From a virus (Duplodnaviria > Caudoviricetes): a stretch of DNA of 63,917 nucleotides. Location of the stretch: positions 1 to 63,917 of IMG/VR virus record IMGVR_UViG_3300022929_002740. One strand, written 5' to 3'. The notes below the pieces were generated by a model. That model saw nothing but the letters and a program-made list of their open reading frames with translations. It had not been told where the DNA came from and searched no databases. The number at the start of each line of letters is the position of its first letter. The stretch's first letter is position 1. A program made the translations under genes and the position numbers. Positions 9,883 to 18,406 of the stretch are shown one piece after another.

Positions 9883-10980
9883 TTAACTAATACCGGCTAG
9901 TTTACGAAGGTAAACAATGTCTGCACCTGATTCAACTTCTGTTGACTCGTTTAGTGCTTTATTTCCAGTGATCTCTTTTGAAGATTCACTAAGTACCTTC
10001 TTTTGGGGTTTTTTAGCATCTTCCTTCAATACTGATGGTAGATACTTGTTAAATGCATTTTGTAGCTTGTCAGTTTTTACACTTTCGAGCAATGCACCCA
10101 TAATTTCTTTATGGTCTTTGCTGAGAGGTTGCATCATTTCTTGCATAATTTGCTTTCTTTCTGCTGTATCAGCGGCAATACGAGCACGTTTTGCACTCTC
10201 TTGTACTAATACTTCTTTCTCAGCAATGGCTTTGTTTTTGTTTTCAATCTCACTTTGTAGACTTTCAACTACTTTTGATAACTTAGAAACTTCTGTTCCT
10301 TCGTTCAAGTAGCTACCCATAAACTCAGCTGCAAACGTTTCGAAAATCTTACGACCAAAGGTATTTTCTTTAGCTGTTTTGATATCTTCACGCAGTGTGT
10401 TAAGTTCACTCTTGAGTGTGTTCTCAAGAATTCCGTTAACTTTTGTTGCGGCTGTTTTAATGAAGTCTGCTTTAGTTTGATTAATAACTTCTTTGCCTTC
10501 TTTAATCATTTTGACTTTTGCTTCAACTAGTGAGCGTTTGTCCTCATGAAACTCATTGAGCTCCTTAGTGAGTTGTTCCATAACAAAGCCTTCCAGCTTT
10601 GACATGTTTGCTTCTTGAACAACTCGGTCTTCGCGAAGTTCATTAATTTCTTTGCGAAGTGTATCCATCACAAATGAATCAAGCAATTTTGCATGCTCTT
10701 TCATGTGCTTGCGATAGGCTACACGATCTTCTGCAACTTTGGCTTTGTCTGCTTGGAACTCTTCAAGTTCTTTTGCAATAACATCACCAATCATTGTATC
10801 TGCGGCTTCAACAATTTGCGCCTTGTCATTTTCATAACGTTGTGCAAATTCTTCTCTAAGTTCAGCTGTGATTGCCTCACGAGCTTCTGTTAGTTGGGTA
10901 TCCCAAGCCTCAGATAATGAAGATCTGACCTCTTCGGAGAGCGTATTTGAGTTTAATAGTTCATCCATTGCATGAGCCAT
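9883..10980 (-). CDS. gp22: Prohead core/scaffold protein (gp22-like)
   Basis: Glu/Lys-rich coiled coil located between the prohead protease and the capsid gene. Confidence 0.8.
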   Translation of the reverse strand: MAHAMDELLNSNTLSEEVRSSLSEAWDTQLTEAREAITAELREEFAQRYENDKAQIVEAADTMIGDVIAKELEEFQADKAKVAEDRVAYRKHMKEHAKLLDSFVMDTLRKEINELREDRVVQEANMSKLEGFVMEQLTKELNEFHEDKRSLVEAKVKMIKEGKEVINQTKADFIKTAATKVNGILENTLKSELNTLREDIKTAKENTFGRKIFETFAAEFMGSYLNEGTEVSKLSKVVESLQSEIENKNKAIAEKEVLVQESAKRARIAADTAERKQIMQEMMQPLSKDHKEIMGALLESVKTDKLQNAFNKYLPSVLKEDAKKPQKKVLSESSKEITGNKALNESTEVESGADIVYLRKLAGIS

Positions 10981-10981
10981 A

Positions 10982-11623
10982 TTAATCTCTCCTATACTTC
11001 AGGTTTTTTATAAAATTTGTCACCTCTTCCTGGAGATAACGTTGTGCGCCTTTGTCGTGTCTAGTTGCACTAGCGACATCCAATAGTACATTACCCCTAC
11101 TATGATTCATAATTCTTTCATAGATTGGATCGGGGTAAGCATCAGGAGCACTTGGATTTGCTACGATATCTACGGTAATAATTTCAAAATCTTTAACTAT
11201 TCCGTTTTCGTTAACATTGCCACTGCCTCGGCTTGACACGCCTAGTTTGACACCACTCTCTAATAGGGTTTTACAAATGTTTCCCATTGGAGTTGGTAGA
11301 ATTTTAAGTTTGCCGATACCGTTCGCACCATCAGTATCCATTTCAGTGATCATGTGACTTACACGATCTAAATTGATATTGAGGTCATCTGGGTGATCAG
11401 CTTCACCTAATACACTGTACCCACCTTTAATTTTTTCATTGATACTTTTTACAGCACTATGAATTTCTTCTTTGGTGTAGATACGATTGTTTTGATTGCG
11501 TACATCGCCTTCAATAAAGATACCTTTCATATACAGGCTTTTGCCACCGTTCGCTTCTTCAATAGCTTCAGTGACAATGTTTGCCTGATTAAATGTTAAG
11601 TGTTCTTTTAGCGAGGTAAACAT
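10982..11623 (-). CDS. gp21: Prohead protease (gp21-like)
   Basis: GIF...NQNNRIY, GEADHP, RVSH, TPMG, GVSSRGSG and DIVANPSAPDA motifs. Confidence 0.96.
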   Translation of the reverse strand: MFTSLKEHLTFNQANIVTEAIEEANGGKSLYMKGIFIEGDVRNQNNRIYTKEEIHSAVKSINEKIKGGYSVLGEADHPDDLNINLDRVSHMITEMDTDGANGIGKLKILPTPMGNICKTLLESGVKLGVSSRGSGNVNENGIVKDFEIITVDIVANPSAPDAYPDPIYERIMNHSRGNVLLDVASATRHDKGAQRYLQEEVTNFIKNLKYRRD

Positions 11624-11624
11624 A

Positions 11625-12446
11625 TTACTTCATTCCTCTGATTGGACTGTCTGACTTTGTGTCTTCACGCTTTGGTGCAGGTGCTGCACTTGGCGATCCA
11701 GCTTCTTGAGGACCATCTACGCCCATGTCTTTTACAGCAGGAGCACTAGCTTTAGCGCCTTCTGATGTATCTGTTGGGTGTGGTTTAGCATGTGCATTAC
11801 CAGCGCCTTTGGCTACTGGACTGCCTTTGTCACTGTTATCACTGTGTGATACACTAACTGCTGACATTGTAGCGCCTTCTTCCATTGCTTCAACTTCGTC
11901 TGCTTCAAAAGCAATTGCTTCTTCTGCTGGCTCGTCTTCTGCTGGCTCGTCGCCCATCATGTCTGCAAATGCTGCACGTAGTTCTGCAATTGCGTCTTCT
12001 ACGTTGTCCATTGCTTCTTCTGCATCTGATTCTTCACCTTCTGGTTCGTCATCCATGTCTGCATCCATGTCCATAGCTAGATCCATTTCTGGTTCTGCCA
12101 TTTCTTCGTCATCCATGTCCTCATCGTCCATGATTTCTTCGTCTGCGATCTCGTCTTCGGCTGTTTCGATATCATCAAGGAAATCTTCTTCAGCATCAGA
12201 AGCATCAATTGCCTCTTCTACTTCGTCGTCCTCTGAATCATCGTCAGCTTCATCAAGATCGATAGTCTCATCAAGATCTTCTTCTTGAATCTCGTCTTCT
12301 ACTACTTCATCGCTTTCAGTGATACTTGCCCAATGGTTTTTGGCTTTCTCAACAAATACGCTGTGTAGGAGATCAGCAGCTTTGTCCTGCTCATCGTTGA
12401 CGATGTATTCAAGGACCTTAACTAAAGATTCCTTGTGTTCGCTCAT
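11625..12446 (-). CDS. Highly acidic prohead core-like protein
   Basis: Long Asp/Glu tract; occupies the gp67/gp68 position between portal and protease. Confidence 0.6.
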   Translation of the reverse strand: MSEHKESLVKVLEYIVNDEQDKAADLLHSVFVEKAKNHWASITESDEVVEDEIQEEDLDETIDLDEADDDSEDDEVEEAIDASDAEEDFLDDIETAEDEIADEEIMDDEDMDDEEMAEPEMDLAMDMDADMDDEPEGEESDAEEAMDNVEDAIAELRAAFADMMGDEPAEDEPAEEAIAFEADEVEAMEEGATMSAVSVSHSDNSDKGSPVAKGAGNAHAKPHPTDTSEGAKASAPAVKDMGVDGPQEAGSPSAAPAPKREDTKSDSPIRGMK

Positions 12447-12495
12447 ATCATTTCTCCTTAAAAAATTACAGGCTTACCAAGATGGTTTACATCTA

Positions 12496-12503
12496 TATTT
12501 ACA
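12496..12503 (-). promoter_or_regulatory. Possible late promoter (TGTAAATA)
   Basis: One mismatch to TATAAATA, intergenic, upstream of the core/protease/scaffold/capsid genes. Confidence 0.5.
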
Positions 12504-12592
12504 ATACCAAGACGTTTCGCTTGATAAAAGGCCCAAAAAATGGGTATTTTATGATTTTGCTCATAAGATAAGTAAAATTTAACTGAAAATTA

Positions 12593-12796
12593 TTAAGTTG
12601 CAGCAGGTCTTGCGTAAATTTTCTTTACACGTTTTGTTCTATTTGCATGCTCAATATTATGCACTTCACGCTGTTTTCTTAGTCGATTAAGGTGCTTTAG
12701 TGTTAGTCGTTGCTTGCGCACATCGTCTATTTTTCTATTTGCATAGTTGTTTTCTTCAGCGTCATAATACTCTTTTAAAAATTCTGCGTCACGCAT
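12593..12796 (-). CDS. Small basic protein of the head module (67 aa)
   Basis: ATG 12796 overlaps the portal stop (ATGCGTGA); contains RKQRLTLKHLNRLRKQRE. Confidence 0.7.
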   Translation of the reverse strand: MRDAEFLKEYYDAEENNYANRKIDDVRKQRLTLKHLNRLRKQREVHNIEHANRTKRVKKIYARPAAT

Positions 12797-14465
12797 TTTG
12801 GTCTCCTGTTGGTGCAGCTTCTGCACCACTTATCGGGCTAGCGCCTGATTCTGTATCGTCAGTGGGTGCATCTACATCCATATCAATGTCACTGCCATCC
12901 GGAACATCAAAGCCACGTACTCCTACGTTGCCTAATCCTGGCATTGAATCTCCGTCTGGAGTTACACCACTTTCGTTTTCTTCTTCCCACATACGCTCAT
13001 TCTTTAGAATCTCATCTTCAGTTAAGCCTAAATATTTCTCCATTAAGAAACGTCTGCTCATGTAGTTTACGCCTTCTAAGCTACCAAATACATTTGCTCT
13101 TGCGCTGTGGATTTCAATCTCTTTGTATTGACTAAAGCTCTGAGGCTCTACAAATTTTAAATCAAACAAACTTGCGTCAATACTCAAACCTTTGTTTTTC
13201 ATAAACAGTTTGAATTCTTTGTCCATGGTAGGTGCTAGTGCATTTTGTAGTCTCATACAGTATTGATTGAATCTGTATTCTTGAATAAATGCTGTGCCTA
13301 CTCTACCATCCACGTATGTTGCTGTTCCATCATCTGGACCTGTTGGCAAGTAACTACTAGGCACACGCAATGCTCTTAGCATTTTGTTTGTGAAATAACG
13401 CAAGTCATCAATTTGACCTAAGTTATCTCCGCCTGGTAACACTTCAACTTTACTACCTCTGCCTTCAGCAGTTTGTGCAAAGAAGTAGTCTTCCATGATG
13501 CTAAGTGGATTGTATGCGGCATCCATAATAGTTGTGCCGCCACCAGTTTTGTTTGGAATACGCTTTTGGTGAATTTCGTTTTTAACACGCTCAACAAAAC
13601 CCATAGCTTTGTTGGGAGGCATATTACCTACATCAACATAAAACACTCTGCGTTCCGGAGCACGTTGTACTCTATAAATGATAATACTGTCTTCAAGCAA
13701 TTCTTTTTGCTTGTATGTTTTGAAAATCGGATCTAAGATACTGCTACCAAACGGCCAGTTCATGTCCATGCCTTCTGTCATACCCAAGTGTACAACATGG
13801 CTTGCGTCTACTGTGTACTCTTGAATGTTGCCTGTGCCTGGATCATACTGTCCTGCTTGTTGTCCATAAGCACTTTTGTCCACTGCTTGTCCACGCATCA
13901 TACTGTTTACACTACTGTATGTTTGACTGTGTTGCACTGGTTGGCTTACAGTTTTTTCTTGCATGTTGAGATCAATGTTTTTAACAATGTACTGCTCAGG
14001 CTTTTTGCCTTTGGCTTCGTTTACAACTGCTTTGGTAACATCAACAGGATTTACATAATATAATTCCCATGTTTCTGGATCTCTAATAAAGAACTGATCT
14101 CCGTACTTGATGCTGTTTCTAAACATACGAAAGATACGTTTGTCCCAGTCTTGTAGGTTACACCATTGGTTAAGTGTTGACTCTAGTATCTTTGCTTCGC
14201 TTTCTGTAGCAGTTTCTTTGTATTCAATTCTAAAAGGAACACCTGTTACTTCATCTACTTGTGTACTGAATTCGCTAATAATGTCAAGAGCAGCGTTAAT
14301 CTCACTGTCCATGTCCATTTGATCATACTGTGCATAACGCTCAACTCTATTAGGTTGCCCACTGTAAACTTCAGGCAACCAGCTCTGAAAGCGGCTAGCA
14401 CTGCTAGGCTTCATACTATCAGTAGCTTGCCCGCCGTATGCTGTAAAATGTTTCTTCCAACTCAT
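12789..14465 (-). CDS. gp20: Portal protein (gp20-like)
   Basis: LLEDSIIIYRVQRAPERRVFYVDVGNMP, EDYFF, LPGGDNLGQIDD and ALRVPSS motifs. Confidence 0.97.
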   Translation of the reverse strand: MSWKKHFTAYGGQATDSMKPSSASRFQSWLPEVYSGQPNRVERYAQYDQMDMDSEINAALDIISEFSTQVDEVTGVPFRIEYKETATESEAKILESTLNQWCNLQDWDKRIFRMFRNSIKYGDQFFIRDPETWELYYVNPVDVTKAVVNEAKGKKPEQYIVKNIDLNMQEKTVSQPVQHSQTYSSVNSMMRGQAVDKSAYGQQAGQYDPGTGNIQEYTVDASHVVHLGMTEGMDMNWPFGSSILDPIFKTYKQKELLEDSIIIYRVQRAPERRVFYVDVGNMPPNKAMGFVERVKNEIHQKRIPNKTGGGTTIMDAAYNPLSIMEDYFFAQTAEGRGSKVEVLPGGDNLGQIDDLRYFTNKMLRALRVPSSYLPTGPDDGTATYVDGRVGTAFIQEYRFNQYCMRLQNALAPTMDKEFKLFMKNKGLSIDASLFDLKFVEPQSFSQYKEIEIHSARANVFGSLEGVNYMSRRFLMEKYLGLTEDEILKNERMWEEENESGVTPDGDSMPGLGNVGVRGFDVPDGSDIDMDVDAPTDDTESGASPISGAEAAPTGDQNA

Positions 14466-14483
14466 ATGAATCTCTTTTTCTTT

Positions 14484-14511
14484 ATTATAGTGTATTTATG
14501 TGTTTTGTCAA
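14484..14511 (-). promoter_or_regulatory. Portal promoter region: TTGACA-16-TATAAT with nested CATAAATA
   Basis: -35 at 14506-14511, -10 at 14484-14489, late-like box at 14493-14500. Confidence 0.5.
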
Positions 14512-14523
14512 GTCAGTATATTG

Positions 14524-16392
14524 TCACCGATTCGATTCCTGTCTAAAGAATTCAAGGATATCTCGCATCGAGTTTGTAAGCCCAGATACTAACGAAGCCA
14601 CACTCGTCGGAGATAAGTTAAATTCTCTAGCACCTTCAAATGCATTTCTGAGATCTAACTTAGCTTGATCTTCTTCACTGTATTCTGGGTTACCATCTGC
14701 GTCCGTTCCTATCTGTGTTGGCTCAAAGTCTTTGAAGAATGCTGCACCGCCTGCACCTAGTGCATTTACCGCTGCATTCATTTGTAGAATTTTACCAATC
14801 TTATCTTGTCCGATGGATCTTGCAACAACACCGCCTAAAAAGGCTTCACTTGCAAAATCAATCTCATTGCCTGCTCCAAGATTCAGTAGTGCTTGTGGTC
14901 CAAGTTCTCCAAGTGCTGCACCTATGCCTTCTGCTAAACTGCTTGCCATGTCACTTGATAAAAAGTTATTAATGTTTTTAGTAAAATCACTAAACGCTTT
15001 GCCTAAATCGTTTGCTTCATCACCAACAATATTTAATGCTGTGTCTAGTCTTAGAGCAGCTACTAATTTTGCCTGTTCCTCTAATTCGAGTGTCAATGTC
15101 TGCAACTCTTTTCCTGAGCCTTCGACACCTTCAGTCAATTCATTGTATGCACTTTCAAAGTTTTCCCTCATATTATCTTGAGTGTTTACCATGCGCTGTT
15201 GCACTGTGAGTATTTCTTCTGCAACACTGTCTCCAAGTGCAGCTTGTGTTCTCAGTACATTACTGCTTTGTCCTACATCTGAGGCAACATTTTGTACCAT
15301 CGACTGTAGTGTTGTCATATCTAAATCACCGCCATTGGCAAATCCTTGATTAATAAAATTAATTAATTCCTCTGCGCCGCCGCCTAGACGTGCAATCAAT
15401 TCAGGAGCAAAAGCATTAGCAGGCAAGTCAGTAGCAATGCCATTGATAATAGCTTCACCTAGTGCTTTACCTCCCGGCAATTGACTGAGTGCTCCTGTCA
15501 TTGCTTCGAATTTTTTACGAGTATCTTCGCTTTGTTCGCTGAGAAAGCTCTGTGCAATTACACTTTTCTTGGCTTCCATCTGTGCTTTAATTCGTTCTCT
15601 TACATCTTGTCCTGTTACTTTAGCCATAGCTTGTTGTTGTTTTAGATTTTCTAACATAGCAGCAGAAAATTGTTCTGTTGTTGCATTTCTAAACTGTTCT
15701 TGATTCATGCTATCACGTCTAATCTGTAACTCTTCTCCCAAGTACTCTGACATCTCTGCACTGGTCATACTAAATCCGCCAGCGGCTATAGCACCTTTTC
15801 TAAACTGTTCGTTTAATTTTAAAAATTCCATACTGCCGGATTGTGTGCTATCGCTAAGACTTCTGATTGCAGCTTGGTTGGTTGCAATAATTTTACTAAA
15901 TTCCGTAAAGTCTAAACCAACACCTGCAAGTCTCTTGTTAACATCTAAAAAATTATTTCCAAAGTCTAATCCAAATCTACTTGCAAATCTGAAACTTTCA
16001 CCTAGATCAATAGCAGCTTGGTTAGCCATTCCAAACGCAGTTGCAATAACACTAGATCCAAGTCCTGAAAAGAATCCACTGAGTGCGCTGTTGAATGTAG
16101 TTGCACTTTGAGAAGATTGTATAGCTTGATTGCCTATATTTCCAGCACCCTGACGCATTTGTCTCATCAATGTTATATTGTCTTTTTCGTTGTTTTTATT
16201 GCCTTCTTGTATGCCTCTGCGTATTCCAGATAGTATATTATTACTTTGATTGCCTTCTTCTTTGACTGCACCTAGTGCAGCATTAAGTGATTTTTGTGCA
16301 CCTAATAATTCATTGAGTGTGCTTTCACTAGCAAGTTCACTAGCGTTGACTTCAACACTCTGTCCACCAAATTGAAAATATATGCTTGCCAT
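14524..16392 (-). CDS. Probable tail tape-measure protein
   Basis: 622-aa Ala/Gly/Gln/Ser-rich helical protein next to the gp26/gp51-like genes. Inferred from composition and position. Confidence 0.55.
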   Translation of the reverse strand: MASIYFQFGGQSVEVNASELASESTLNELLGAQKSLNAALGAVKEEGNQSNNILSGIRRGIQEGNKNNEKDNITLMRQMRQGAGNIGNQAIQSSQSATTFNSALSGFFSGLGSSVIATAFGMANQAAIDLGESFRFASRFGLDFGNNFLDVNKRLAGVGLDFTEFSKIIATNQAAIRSLSDSTQSGSMEFLKLNEQFRKGAIAAGGFSMTSAEMSEYLGEELQIRRDSMNQEQFRNATTEQFSAAMLENLKQQQAMAKVTGQDVRERIKAQMEAKKSVIAQSFLSEQSEDTRKKFEAMTGALSQLPGGKALGEAIINGIATDLPANAFAPELIARLGGGAEELINFINQGFANGGDLDMTTLQSMVQNVASDVGQSSNVLRTQAALGDSVAEEILTVQQRMVNTQDNMRENFESAYNELTEGVEGSGKELQTLTLELEEQAKLVAALRLDTALNIVGDEANDLGKAFSDFTKNINNFLSSDMASSLAEGIGAALGELGPQALLNLGAGNEIDFASEAFLGGVVARSIGQDKIGKILQMNAAVNALGAGGAAFFKDFEPTQIGTDADGNPEYSEEDQAKLDLRNAFEGAREFNLSPTSVASLVSGLTNSMRDILEFFRQESNR

Positions 16393-16411
16393 TAACTGCT
16401 CACTTAATTTA

Positions 16412-16441
16412 GATAAATACTTTTATACACAGTTATTTATA
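16412..16441. promoter_or_regulatory. Divergent, face-to-face late promoters
   Basis: GATAAATA (+, 16412-16419) for the 16450 gene and TATAAATA (-, 16434-16441) for the 16392 gene, within a 57-nt gap. Confidence 0.65.
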
Positions 16442-16449
16442 GGCGAAAA

Positions 16450-17292
16450 ATGAACAATCCACTAGCTAATCACTTTAGACAAAAAGAAATCTATGTCAGA
16501 CTGCCAACTCAAGGCAAATGGCTATCTAACAAGCCCAAACTCACCCAAGATGGCGAGATTGGTATTATGCCAATGACACTACAAGATGAAATACTACTGA
16601 GTATACCTGACAGCTTGTACAACGGAGAAAGTTTGTTTAAACTGATATCCAGTATTGTTCCTGACATCGCAGATCCTTACGAACTCAGTTTACCAGACTT
16701 TGATGTGATACTGCTAGCCAGTAGAGCTGCAACGTATGACAAAAAAATGAGTGTGGAAAGTTTTTGCACACACTGCAACGAACCAAACATGTATGAAATA
16801 GACTTGCCTAGTATTTTAAGCAAAGTTAGATTAATTGGGCAAGACAACATATTTGAAATAGACGGTTTGGTTTTTGAACTAAGACCTAATACAGTAGCCG
16901 CACTTAATACATTTCATATTAAAAATATACAAAGTACAAGTTTGCTGAGACAGTTACACAATTCATCTGATCAAGATAAACTTATACACAGTGAAGAATA
17001 TCAAAATAACTTATCTATAGTAAGTGCCGCAAATATTGCGTTGATTGCCGACGCTATTGTTTGTGTAACAACACCTGACGGAACACAAGTTAAAGACATG
17101 CAACACATCATCGAATATGTCAACAATGCCAAACGTCATGTGATTACAAAAATCGAAGAGAAAGCAAAAGCATTGAACAACAATGGACTAAACAAAACAT
17201 TTAATTTTACTTGTAGTCATGAAGAATGCTTAAAAGATTTTGAAGGTGCTATAGAATTTAACCCAGCTTTTTTTTTCAGAAATATATCCTAG
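16450..17292 (+). CDS. gp26: Baseplate hub assembly protein (gp26-like)
   Basis: YVRLPTQG, PMTLQDEILL and CxxC...CxxxxC zinc-like motifs; C-terminal FNPAFFF. Confidence 0.75.
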   Translation: MNNPLANHFRQKEIYVRLPTQGKWLSNKPKLTQDGEIGIMPMTLQDEILLSIPDSLYNGESLFKLISSIVPDIADPYELSLPDFDVILLASRAATYDKKMSVESFCTHCNEPNMYEIDLPSILSKVRLIGQDNIFEIDGLVFELRPNTVAALNTFHIKNIQSTSLLRQLHNSSDQDKLIHSEEYQNNLSIVSAANIALIADAIVCVTTPDGTQVKDMQHIIEYVNNAKRHVITKIEEKAKALNNNGLNKTFNFTCSHEECLKDFEGAIEFNPAFFFRNIS

Positions 17293-17534
17293 CAAGCATA
17301 GGTGATGCTAGTAAAGTTGAAGAAATTATCCAACGATACGAAAATGCACAAAAGAGATTGAGAAGTCAAGTCAACAGCATTGTGATATATTCACAAGGAA
17401 GTTTTACACTTCAAGAATTATACAAAATGCCAATGCATTACATCAAAGAGATCGAAGAAGCATTAATTGAAAAGAACGAAAAGGAAAAGCAGATGATAGA
17501 ACAAGCAAAGGGAAAGAATAGACAAACATTCTAA
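17268..17534 (+). CDS. gp51-like extension in the -1 frame, probably expressed by frameshift
   Basis: Open -1 frame QKYILASIGD...GSFTLQELYKMPMHYIKEIEEALIEKNEKE...QTF*, beginning at the T9 run with no ATG near its 5' end. Confidence 0.65.
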   Translation, partial: FFFQKYILASIGDASKVEEIIQRYENAQKRLRSQVNSIVIYSQGSFTLQELYKMPMHYIKEIEEALIEKNEKEKQMIEQAKGKNRQTF

Positions 17535-17542
17535 TGTTTCTT

Positions 17543-17925
17543 CGAAGAGCTAACGCTCATCGTCATACTCATTTCATTTCGTATGATATTTCTTTCTTAG
17601 ATATAATTTTTATTATGATTAGTTATTACCCTGTTTTCAGTCGCACTTAGCTTGTTACAGCCAAGTGCAAAAAAAAGCTAAAGGTCATTACCCCGCTCCA
17701 GATCGCTCCGTTATAGTGAAACCTAATATAGGCAGAGGCGGTCTTGCGCTACCCCTTTACTCACTGCTTAAGACGCAGAAACTCCAGATGCTATAACGTC
17801 AACATTACTGGATATCCGTGGGTTACAATGGCACAGTAGAGCCCACTCTTTTGGTTTGTTTTGCCTCAGCAAGATCCGACGGTACATATTACTACGCACA
17901 ATCTCAATGCTTTTGATTAGGAGGC
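17543..17925 (-). ncRNA. Candidate structured non-coding RNA downstream of the GIY-YIG gene
   Basis: About 400 nt with no ORF and many nested helices plus a pseudoknot. Stem mismatches resolve as G-U only on the minus strand. Confidence 0.6.
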
Positions 17926-17929
17926 TATA

Positions 17930-18358
17930 TTATGACTGGTGTCTATTAAGGGATTCTACGAGTGCCTTGGATCCGCCTACACGGACGTTTATGATGCCGT
18001 TGTAATATTCATCTGTTTCTAGCACTTTACGATCGAACTGTTCACGAGCTTCTAAGTAACTCATTTCACCTCTGCCTGTGCAGAAGTAAAGTATTTCTCT
18101 TGTAAAGTTCTCTGGGCCTAATTCTTTTACATCTGCGTTCAACTTGTCACTGCTTCCCCAATAGGTACGCCAGTCACTTTCTTTAGTTGATCGTCTCTTG
18201 TTCTTTTTGCCTTTGAGGGGGTTTTTAGTTACTTTAAATTGTGCCAGTTTTTTGCCAATGTACTTTTTGCCATTCGTGGTGTTGGTAATGAGATATACGA
18301 AACCTACGTATTCCTCTGGTATTTGTTCAATAAGTTTGCCTTGATAAGTCCATTGCAT
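17930..18358 (-). CDS. GIY-YIG family endonuclease, single domain
   Basis: GFVYLITNTTNGKKYIGKK, YWGSS, conserved Glu (LEAREQF) and YYN; likely start ATG 18358 (MQWTYQG). Confidence 0.85.
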   Translation of the reverse strand: MQWTYQGKLIEQIPEEYVGFVYLITNTTNGKKYIGKKLAQFKVTKNPLKGKKNKRRSTKESDWRTYWGSSDKLNADVKELGPENFTREILYFCTGRGEMSYLEAREQFDRKVLETDEYYNGIINVRVGGSKALVESLNRHQS

Positions 18359-18375
18359 GTTAGTATATAGCAACT

Positions 18376-18405
18376 AGTATATATGCCGAACTTAGCTAAT
18401 GTCAA
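18376..18405 (-). promoter_or_regulatory. Sigma70-like promoter of the GIY-YIG gene
   Basis: TTGACA (18400-18405), 18-nt spacer, TATACT (18376-18381). Confidence 0.55.
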
Positions 18406-18406
18406 C

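Noticed and set aside
12525-12550. Weak hairpin GCCCA-AAAAA-TGGGT
   Set aside because: The stem is too short to call a terminator with confidence.
17543-17925. Group I intron, tRNA or tmRNA reading of the structured region
   Set aside because: No interrupted host gene (the flanking genes converge), no cloverleaf or T-loop, and no P7 core or tag ORF recognised by eye. A covariance search is still needed.
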